Origin: Vairimorpha necatrix
Taxonomy: Eukaryota
Assembly: GCA_036630325.1 (NCBI GenBank)
Contig: CP142732.1
Span: 558,001 to 622,000 of the forward strand
Reading direction: 5' to 3'
DNA length: 64,000 bases
Position numbers and translations under genes: made by a program. Under the pieces are notes generated by a model. That model did not search any database, was not told where the DNA came from, and saw nothing but the letters and a program-made list of their open reading frames with translations. Positions 8,858-18,507 of this stretch are shown piece after piece. Numbering within the stretch: the first letter of the stretch is position 1; each line of letters starts with the position of its first letter.

Positions 8858-10937
8858 AAAAGGGCTAATTGATTCTTATTTATATCAACGGAGTCTTAAA
8901 AATGACCAATTTTTTAATTCATTGGTACAAAACTATAAGAAACACATTGTACATAAAAAGTAAATAAAAGAACTATAATTTTGAGCACAATTTACGATCT
9001 TAACTTAAAGTCAAATGTAAAAAATCATATTAAAAAGAAGTGCAACACGCAAATAGATGCACTAAGAGCATAATTTGGGGGAGCAGTACTTTATCTTGGA
9101 ATCTATTTACATGTTTACAAAAACAATAACATTTACTTGCTATTATTAGACCCTTGAGCACTAATGATTACTTCACTTAGGTTTTTATTTACTATATACT
9201 AATAAAACATTACATTAAATCTATAAATTGTGTATTTCCATTAATAGGGCGATTTAAGTCTTGTTTAAAAACAGATCTATAGGGCATAAACTTAGTTCAT
9301 ACTCCAACGTTAGAAAATTACTAATGGAATTTAATTGTCTTTGCCTAGTACGCTTAAATATCAAACGAGCTATTTAAGAGACCAGAATAAAAACAGAAAG
9401 GTCATTTAAGCACAATTTTACAGGAAGCTGCTTCACTTGGGCTGATTATTAGAAAATTCTGAATAATGAATCTAACAAAAATAAGGGTTGGAGATATTGT
9501 GGTATATAGAGGCGTGTTCGAGGTGCACTCAACAATCAAACTTATGAAATTATCTCTGATAAATATTTTAGACCCTCGACTACTAAGCATGTTATCGTAA
9601 ATCTAATAAATGCGATATTAATTATTTGAAAATTTTTCACTAATAAATAAAGTCTAATATTAATAGCAAACCTTTCTTTCATGGCAATATACTAAAGACG
9701 AATTTAGTAAAATAAATATCACCGTGTAAATTAGACGAAGACTACCATTTAAGGTTTTTCTGATCCAAACATATGATTTCGAACATATTACCTGTCAAAA
9801 AATATAAATTGCTGAAATGATCTCGAATCAGAGACTTCAAAATATGTTTTTTGTTTTAAAACTAATTACAATGTTTTGCTTATTTAATGACTTAATTTAT
9901 AAAAAAACTTCCATTTTGATATAATTCTTGTCATAAAAATATCTAACAAAAGCATCAAAAACTTAAAACAATATGAAAATTTATACTATGTTTTTACATA
10001 CAACTGTATTTATAGAGTCAACATGCACAGACGATACTTTAATGTAAAAGGGTAGATCAATAATGCTTAACTGTAATTAAATGATGGGTCGATACAACAA
10101 TTGTCTTAAATAATTAAAATTTTAAGAAAGAAATAGTATAAGGACACGACAAAATTTTTCAACTTACGGTTGTAAAGTAAAAAACACAAGTAACGCAAGA
10201 CAAGAAATTTTTTTGATCGTGTAAAATGTATGAAAAAAAATTTATTTAATATTTTTATATAAAAACATAACATAAACTTTGACTTGCTTATTTCGCTTCT
10301 ATACAAAGTCCCATTGAGGGATTCCTTATAATTTAAGCTATTTCGTTCAATATACCTTTTCTATTCTAAAAAGACTTATGCTATATTTGATTATATAAAT
10401 GTGTACTATCCATGGGCCAGCTTTACGCACTGGAATATTATCCGAATGATGAGATCAATAATTAGATCCTGTGGTTAGAAGATTTATTGAGATTACAATA
10501 TAATTAAAAATAACTTAAACACGCTTATAAAAATAATATGGGTGTAATTTACATATATTAATTAATTTATGAAACATATATTATTTTTCACTACTTTTTG
10601 ATGAGATCAATACAAAGTCAAAAGGTTTCATGGTCTAGTATTGTTTTTACCTGTTAAAAAGTAAAACTCGTACAAAATTACATAAATTAATATAAAAAAT
10701 TTTAGCTAAATATGAAATTCATAAAAACTGAAATTTCTTCAAAGATCTCTAGAATTCATTTAAAAAAATTAATATAAAAAAATCAATATAAATATTTAAT
10801 ATTCTTTTGACATTTCTAAATACAAAAATATTTGAAAATAACTTATTAAATGTTTATTATTCCAAGGTGTCACTTTGTTTTTAATCTTTTATTTGTTTTT
10901 CTTGATTCATTATAAACATTTCTTTACATAAACAAAC

Positions 10938-11996
10938 ATGCAAAGTGCAGAAAATTTGAATCTTTACGAAAGAGCCAAAACTATCAATACAACCATAAAA
11001 TTAATAGGAGCACCTAATAATTCGACTCCAGGCGAAGAACCAGAAATAGAAGAATTTAGTGCGAACACAATAGAAACATTCACATTAGAAGAATTCCGCT
11101 GTCTAATAGTCGATTGTAGAAAAAAGAATGTCGATTTCATCTTAGCCAGGGTAACTACCCCAGACCCGAATGATTCTTCAACATTGTTTAATTTTTATTA
11201 TGCTGCTTCAGAACTAAACCGCGTTCTTTTTAAATTTGAATCAGAAAGGCGACTTCTGCACAGAATGAAAGTTAGAAATCCGCTTAATAATAGTTTTATA
11301 CTCGGCCAAGTGTATTATTACAAATTAACACTAGAAGAAATTGACAAATGTCTAGTAGAATATTATTTCAAAGATACTAGCGACGAAAGAAAACAGAAGA
11401 AATTGAGATCTTTCTCCGCAATCTTCAGGCCTAAAGATACTGACGTAATACAAACAGACAGTATTTCTAAAGAGACAGACGAGAGTATTTTAAATAGTAG
11501 TTTGTCTTTAGATTTGGAAGGAGATTTGACGACCAAAGATCTTTTAGAAAATCATCAGGATTCTGTGATGTCAAAAGATATTAGTAGAGACAAGAATATT
11601 GTTTATTATGCTAAATTTGTAGGCACTGATGATGATTTTCTAATGCAAAATGAAGTCAGAGATTATTTCAGAAGAAATGCGCTTGATGAAAATGACGATT
11701 TTCTGTTTGAAATTGACAGAGGACAAAACGACTTCTTCGCTTTACTTGAGTCGGGATCTGAAGAAGAGAACGAGGAAATTGTAAATTGGAAAAGAGTACT
11801 GACAGCACATGTGAGTATGTTGATAACTCTGTTGGGAATATGTTTATTAATTAGTAGTGGCCCTATTATTGTACTTATAGCCTTGCCTATAGCCATGTTA
11901 TTCTTCTTATCTTTTATTGGTTCAATATTTTATATTTTGTTTTGTAGAAGAAGTACATTTGATACACTGGCAGTTCAGAGTGTGGAAGAAGTATAA
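10938..11996 (+). CDS. Conserved hypothetical membrane protein with two C-terminal TM helices (possibly DUF5092-like)
   Basis: 352-aa ORF; motifs ILARVTT, YYAASELNRVLF, NPLNNSFILGQVYYY; hydrophobic C-terminus; family name from memory only. Confidence 0.6.
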   Translation: MQSAENLNLYERAKTINTTIKLIGAPNNSTPGEEPEIEEFSANTIETFTLEEFRCLIVDCRKKNVDFILARVTTPDPNDSSTLFNFYYAASELNRVLFKFESERRLLHRMKVRNPLNNSFILGQVYYYKLTLEEIDKCLVEYYFKDTSDERKQKKLRSFSAIFRPKDTDVIQTDSISKETDESILNSSLSLDLEGDLTTKDLLENHQDSVMSKDISRDKNIVYYAKFVGTDDDFLMQNEVRDYFRRNALDENDDFLFEIDRGQNDFFALLESGSEEENEEIVNWKRVLTAHVSMLITLLGICLLISSGPIIVLIALPIAMLFFLSFIGSIFYILFCRRSTFDTLAVQSVEEV

Positions 11997-12424
11997 AATT
12001 AAAAGATAGACTTAAAAAAATTATCAATTTTCTTTTTTATACTCATAATTTTTTTAAAAAATATCTATATTACTATATTAATTTTTTATAGGGAATTATC
12101 CATTAGCTTTTTATGCAGTATGTTTTATAAAACAAAAGGTATTCTAAATTTATAATACCATATTAAATAATAGAAAACATTTAAATTAGTGGTTGTCGTG
12201 GAAAATTGCGCGAAAGATACACAATGCTAAATTTAATAATTGAAAAATTAAAATTTTTATTGACCCATTATATTTATCAAAAAATTTGTAAGTTTCATTA
12301 AAAAAAAACGACGCAAAAAACATTAAGAATTTTAAATACTTATAAAGGCACTTAAAACTAATTTACTATGTTTGCTTGATAATTATTTATTTAATAATAA
12401 ATTTCTAATTACATTTGTAAAAAT

Positions 12425-13669
12425 CTAATACTTTTTTATAAATTTATCATAATCTAACACAAATGTCATTACAAACATAAAATAAATGAAAATTAATATG
12501 CTCCCAAGATCTTTACTCAGTTTCTGATTTTTCATTATATAATTAAAAAACATAACTGCCACACTTATAGTCCCAAATGATACACTCACTTGATCTCCAC
12601 TATACACAATATTCTGATTATTGCCTGTAAAATACCTCTTTAAATATCCAAAACACAATGTAGTAAAAATATTAGAATTAATTATCGAACACGCTGACAT
12701 ACTTGAACTAGTGCGTCTAGAATGATAAATTAAATGTAAAAATTCAGGAAATCCCATTGTAACTGGTGATACGACTGTATCAAGGAATTTTTTACTAATA
12801 AACATACCAATATGATCAATCAATAATCTCGACCTATCTAAAAAGATCGTAATATAAAATATTGAAGAAATTAGACCATAGAAATAATTAATAATTTGAG
12901 AATTCTGTTTCTTTGATGATTTCATTAAAATCAACCCGGTAAAAAATGATATAAATAAACTTAATAAAATTTTTTGTGTGTCTTTTATAGGCTTAAAATA
13001 TAATAATAAGACGACAGTATTGATTACTGGAGAAAATAAAATCTGCATGCTCGTGTAGATTGACTGTTTATGAAAGTTATCTAGATTTAGAATTATTAGA
13101 TCGTAAATATGTCTAGTAGTAAATTCGTTAATATTTTTTAGAAATAAAAAAGGCATTCGTGCCGTGACTTGAGGATTTTGACGATTTGGCGAATATTTCA
13201 AGCGTAGAGTCAGCGAGAGATAAATTGAAAAAATAAGTCCTGCTGTGCGTATATGTAGAGGAGTAATTTGCCACCCATTAAGACACAGTGCTTGTATCGC
13301 CAGTCCGCCTGTAAGCGCGAAAATGTCTTTTAAAAATGATTCAAATCTTATTAATGTTTTATAGTGGGCGGTCAAGATGACGAGGCCCATTCCTAAAGAT
13401 AAATAAGTGGCACTAAATCCATTTATAAAAGTAGACTGAGTATATAAATCTGTGCTTATAATGAAATATATACGTGGTAAATTCATTATTACGCTGTGAA
13501 TTAGTGCCATTTTGTACATATTTGATATATTTAAATATATAAAAAAATGTTCAATTATTTTAGTATGATATTGAGTTATTAATAAAGAGAACAGAAGTGT
13601 GTGAATGAAAGAAAATAAAGTCAATAATGGAAGATATTGGTTCATAGAAAGATTCTGAATATTTATCAT
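12425..13669 (-). CDS. Polytopic membrane protein, Na+/Ca2+ exchanger (CaCA)-like
   Basis: Many TM segments; alpha-repeat-like MNLPRI and MGFPEF...SIINSNIF; start moved to the ATG at 13669, which follows a CCCC motif (ORF-track start is TTG). Confidence 0.6.
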   Translation of the reverse strand: MINIQNLSMNQYLPLLTLFSFIHTLLFSLLITQYHTKIIEHFFIYLNISNMYKMALIHSVIMNLPRIYFIISTDLYTQSTFINGFSATYLSLGMGLVILTAHYKTLIRFESFLKDIFALTGGLAIQALCLNGWQITPLHIRTAGLIFSIYLSLTLRLKYSPNRQNPQVTARMPFLFLKNINEFTTRHIYDLIILNLDNFHKQSIYTSMQILFSPVINTVVLLLYFKPIKDTQKILLSLFISFFTGLILMKSSKKQNSQIINYFYGLISSIFYITIFLDRSRLLIDHIGMFISKKFLDTVVSPVTMGFPEFLHLIYHSRRTSSSMSACSIINSNIFTTLCFGYLKRYFTGNNQNIVYSGDQVSVSFGTISVAVMFFNYIMKNQKLSKDLGSILIFIYFMFVMTFVLDYDKFIKKY

Positions 13670-13862
13670 GTTGAGCAAGGGGATAAAAACAAACAAATAT
13701 AAAATATTAGGTAAAAATATATTCAAAGTAATAATAAAATATTAACAAGTAAATGTCTGTTAAATATTATTCACCAGATAATTTTATTTAAATATTATCA
13801 CGTATAATACTGTAAGAAATTCTTAATTTACATTACAAAATAAATAAAAATCAAAGTTTTAT

Positions 13863-14276
13863 TTATTTCTTTTTATTTTTTTTGGTTTTTATTTTCCTTC
13901 TCGCTACCAAATTCAACTTATTTTCTATAACATCTCCTTTACTAGTAACAAAATCTTGTACTTTCTCCGTATTTTTACATTCCACAGATGGCTTAGTTCT
14001 ACTTTTCAATATCGTGTCTCTTATTCCTTCAATAATATTTTTCTTCCCGTACATTTTATTAATTTTAAATCTTCCACTTCTAAAAAAATCTCTGGGGTGT
14101 TTTTTATGAATTTCGTGTGTGCAATCAATTTCAAGAAATTTTAGAGCATTTGAAATTTCCAGAAATGATGGATTTTTTATACACAAGTCTTTACAATATT
14201 TTCGACCTTCTGATAATTTCTTTGTAGAATCTAAATAGACAGGATAAAGAACATAAAAATCATTGACTGAATTCAT
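13863..14276 (-). CDS. SRP19: Signal recognition particle 19 kDa subunit (Sec65)
   Basis: LYPVYLDSTKKLSEGRK and KKHPRDF...GR motifs. Confidence 0.92.
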   Translation of the reverse strand: MNSVNDFYVLYPVYLDSTKKLSEGRKYCKDLCIKNPSFLEISNALKFLEIDCTHEIHKKHPRDFFRSGRFKINKMYGKKNIIEGIRDTILKSRTKPSVECKNTEKVQDFVTSKGDVIENKLNLVARRKIKTKKNKKK

Positions 14277-14640
14277 AAGGGTGAAAAAGAATCATAATAT
14301 TAAAGAAGATAAACATTAAACACATAATCTTATCAAGATATTCTATTGCTATAAATATGAATAAGAAAATGGATACATGATTGAACACACACTTAATTAT
14401 AATTATAATGTATATAAATACCAATTACACCTTCCTCGTTTTACAAACACTAGACATTTGTACTGCATTTAAATTTTATTTTGGAATAATGTTTAAAAAA
14501 AAAGAGTTTAAAAAAGATAAAGCGGAATTATTCAAAATCATTTTATAAGTAACACTAAAATGAAATTTTGTAAAAACAAAAAGAAATCAAAGGTTATTGA
14601 TTATTTCTAAGTTTCTTTGGTTATTAACATTCTTGCAACG

Positions 14641-15430
14641 GGTGCACTTAGACAAGTAGTCGAAGGCGATGCTCTCTAAAAGTAATGGCTGGGTTGAATC
14701 CCAGTAGCATCAAATTGGTTTTAAATTCTATGCTGCAGATAGAACAACTCAGATGATGAAAATGTTCACGATAACTATAAGTCGATTTAATGAAACTCGT
14801 GTGTATCCAGCTACAAGGGATTAGCATCTAGTGTAAAAACGCACCTTAGGGCCGAAAAGCAGTGTCCTCTCCTCTTCTTGGTGATTAAATGATACATAAA
14901 AGTAGCTGCTGAATACGGGTTGGTTAATGCCAAGGCCGGTACACTTAGAATGAGATATTCGAGATTACTAAGAGACTGGACGAAGAAGAGCAATAGAAGG
15001 TCTTGTGGGCCATCCTAAAAGATTCTATATCACGGTGGCTAAAACTAAAATGAGACTGGTGGTCAATGCAGTCCAATAAAAAAACCGGGCTGATTATGTG
15101 GCGGGGTAAGGATCCGTGTGTGCGAAACGAATGATTCTAGGGATCTGTGAGCTAGTAAGACGATACCTATCCAAGAGATATTGTAAACCATGCTCGTTAA
15201 ATATATCCATTATGAGGTCACTCTGGACTTAGCCCAAATTACAAATGGAAAAATGTTCTTCTTGTGCCAAAGTCCAATAATACGGCAAGGAATTGCATCA
15301 TTGCAAAGATAACTGAAGGGGTTTTTAGTAAGCAAGAATTTCACAGTACTAGTTGGATGAGATTCGCGCCCATATCCCTCTGGTTCCCAGTAAGGATTCT
15401 TTCTATCTCCTACTTGCAAAGAAAAAAAAA
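14641..15430 (+). mobile_element. tRNA-derived SINE-like element, apparently full length (~790 bp)
   Basis: tRNA-like head 14641-14712 (A-box-like TAGACAAGTAGTCGAAGGCG, T-arm CTGGG-TTGAAT-CCCAG); body homologous to 525-1079; oligo(A) tail. Confidence 0.65.
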
Positions 15431-15495
15431 CATTTATCATTTTTTTTTCAGTGTTTGTAAAAAAAAACTTAAAACGATGTTTAATATTTTTTTTA

Positions 15496-16325
15496 GGAGG
15501 TGGGGTACTTTAGAACCCCCTTTTGAAGCGCTTCGATTTTTTTTTCGAACCCCAAAATTGAAGTGCAAAAAAAAGAGGAGCAGGAAGGGGACAAAAATTA
15601 CTAAGCACTTATGACATTAAAAATAACAAAAAAATATATTTTTTTAACAAAAATTAATTTTAGATTTAGTTATAATAATCATTTGAAGTATTGTGTCTTT
15701 TTTCGCCCTTCTTATTTTTTTAATTTTTTTTAATTGTTGGTTTATTATGAAAGTAGATTTTTGAAGAAAATCTACTTTAATAATAAACCAACAATTAAAA
15801 TTATAAATATTATTTATATAAGAAAATTTAAATAAATGTTCAACGATCTATACAGACTGTTAAATCAAAAAATTTAATTTAAATATGTTAAGTTATTTAG
15901 AATTATATAGTTTTATGGTTATAATCTTTTTTTAAATTAAATTTCGTATACAAATATATATTTATTTGGTATTTTTACTGTTTGAAGATGCAAGTAATTT
16001 GAGTACTAATGATTGCTTCTCCTTTATTTTGCACTTCGTTTTTGGGGTTCAAAATTATAAAGTATACACTCTCAGAGGGGAGCGGTTTTGTCCCCAATTC
16101 TAAAAAATCAGAAGGCAAAAATGCTTATTGGTTTATATTATTGTACTATCTTGTATTAAAATATAATTGTGTACATAAATATATATTTATTTATTGTTTT
16201 TAATGTCATAAGTGCTTAGTAATTTTTGTCCCCTTCCTGCTCCTCTTTTTTTTGCACTTCAATTTTGGGGTTCGAAAAAAAAATCGAAGCGCCTCAAATG
16301 CGGGGGCTGTAAGTATCTCAGCTCC
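15496..16325. mobile_element. Non-autonomous TIR element (MITE) with ~125-bp TIRs
   Basis: 15496-15622 is the inverted complement of ~16197-16325 (inner ~95 bp near perfect); GG...CC ends flanked by TA. Confidence 0.85.
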
Positions 16326-16693
16326 TAAGAGTTTATAAAACTCTAAAAAAGAGGGGTAAAGATTAAATAAATTTTTTTTATATAATGAAGCAGATGGGTA
16401 AAGTGATATTCAGTATCGTTTTTCATATTTTTGTTATGTTTTTTCAGATTCAAAAATTCAAACTTATGTTGTTGGTTTTTTTCTTTCGTTGATATCAAAT
16501 TTCCTCTTAAATTCATCAATAGAATCATATGTGTTTCCTTGAGCGTCGATATTATAAAGCTTCAATTTTGCAATTATCATTATAATTAGTTATATGTTAA
16601 AATAAATTGAAAAAAAAAGCTTTTAAGATTTAAATGATGAAGATTCATTATTATATCAAAATATTGAGAGAAATAAAAATCGAAGAAAGAAGT

Positions 16694-17197
16694 TTATTCT
16701 GAATCTAAATCCGAATCAGTAGAGGTAATAGGCATTACAATGCTGAAAAAAATCACAAGCACAATACAAACAAATGCTATATAAGTCCAAACAGAAGCGA
16801 AGAGTTGATCGAAACGATAGCAAAGATCACGTTTTTGCTCTTCTTTTGGTTTGTTTTCTATTTTGTCATTGGATTTAGGCAAAGAAATATCATTGGGCGC
16901 ATCTTTATCAGGAGACATGGTAATTTTTGTTTCGTCATGGGAATTATTCTCATTGGTTTTTATAGTACTATTTAGGTCTTTATTTGGAGTAACTGCCCTT
17001 TTTTGATGTTCCGTTTTTGAATTAAGAGTATGAAGTTCAAAATTTTGTTCTTGATGATCCTCGCCGATGTATCTTTTTGGCTTTTCGGAGGTCAATGGTT
17101 TATATTCATTTTTAGATAAGAGCATTTGCATTTTCTTTACTTTTCCTTCAATATTCGATGCTAAAATACTTTGAACTAGTAAGCATAAAAATTTCAT
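16694..17197 (-). CDS. Small signal-peptide + C-terminal TM protein, tandem family copy 1
   Basis: MKFLCLLVQSILAS leader, YKPLTSEKPKRY, DETKITM, C-terminal hydrophobic helix; CCC-ATG. Confidence 0.85.
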   Translation of the reverse strand: MKFLCLLVQSILASNIEGKVKKMQMLLSKNEYKPLTSEKPKRYIGEDHQEQNFELHTLNSKTEHQKRAVTPNKDLNSTIKTNENNSHDETKITMSPDKDAPNDISLPKSNDKIENKPKEEQKRDLCYRFDQLFASVWTYIAFVCIVLVIFFSIVMPITSTDSDLDSE

Positions 17198-18507
17198 GGG
17201 AATAAATTTTTTTTTTTATTTTAAAGTGTCAAGTAAAATTTTTTTCAATCGAAAAATTAGTTAAAAACTATTGAGTGTGAAAAACTGGTTATTACATTGA
17301 TTTTAATTCTTAATCCTGATATTCTAAAAAAAACACATTGCTAGATGACGTTTGAATAGGTCAATGCCTAATGTTCTGAACTGTATTTCTAAACATGTCA
17401 AAATAGCTAAAAAAAATCAACGTAAAATTTTACGTTCTAAAACTGGATTTGTGTAACTACTTAAAGTATTTTTTTTTGGTTCTACATATATGTAAAGATA
17501 AAAATTTTTAAAAATTGAGGAATTTGATCTTTAATAAAAATTTTATCTATAATATATTACATAGTAAATTTCGGAGGAAACTTTCGGAATATTTTTATAA
17601 TTTGGTCTGTTCAGAAAGAAAATTTTTTGATGACAGGCATTTTGATATACAAAAAAAACATCCGATTTTTGACAGCCTAAAATCAATATCCCTTTTTATG
17701 AAATTAAGATTTGGAATGAACTTGTTAAACGACTGCTTTATGCTGTCAATATCTACAATGTGTCTTCAGCAGTGTTACAAATAAATTCTTTTGAAGGAAT
17801 GAACCCAACGAACGTGATAAAGCTTGAGGCTCATAAGAGCAAAAAAAAATTTCTCAAGTAAATAGTTACATTGCGCCGGCAGAAGCAAGCTCACAGTGTA
17901 TTTTGATTCGAATTATTTTATAAAAATTTTGATTAATCTTATATTTTTTTTGTAATTATTTAACACTTTTTTTTAATTATTGATACTAAAAACTTCATAT
18001 AAAATATGACAAGCTTAGATTTGTCAAAAAACAATATTTGGAACAAGGTTTCTAAAAATAATAGTACAAATAAAAACGCATTTACAAATAGTATACGTTC
18101 TTTAAATCATTAGAAAAGTTTGAATTCATATTAAAATTGCATGAAAAAATAACTGCAAATAGGTAGTTGAGAGATTACTAAACTACGAAAAAATAAGGTA
18201 AAAATTAAATGAATTTTTTTCGGGCATCTTCGGTCGACAAATTGTGGTATCCCGGGGAAACCCTCCCGGTTATAAAGTAATATTCTAATATACTTCTAAT
18301 AAATTGTTTTTTATTGGTAACTGTCCCTCTGGACTCTCTCTCCTGACGCTCTTTGGTCCTCTGTTCCATCTCCTTTTATGTGTACCCTTCCTTTTCTGAA
18401 AATATATTTATAGTAAATTTTATTCATGAAAATTCAATGAGAGTTTTGACAGGGAGAGAAATAAAATAAATGTTGAAGACTAACAGTCTACAACATCCTG
18501 CCCCCTC

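Noticed and set aside
8960-10900. Genes or RNA genes in long intergenic stretches (also 24.7-26.4 kb and 48.9-50.7 kb)
   Set aside because: Only short motif-less ORFs; no convincing tRNA, rRNA or snRNA signature by eye
13670-13833. Longer N-terminus or spliced leader exon for the exchanger-like gene (GTAAAT...TTACAG)
   Set aside because: In-frame TAA at 13744-13742 and splicing would not create an ATG; the CCC-preceded ATG at 13669 fits better
14641-14712. Functional amber-suppressor tRNA (anticodon CTA)
   Set aside because: Acceptor stem is mismatched, the T-loop lacks the conserved C and the D-loop GG is altered; better explained as a degenerate SINE head
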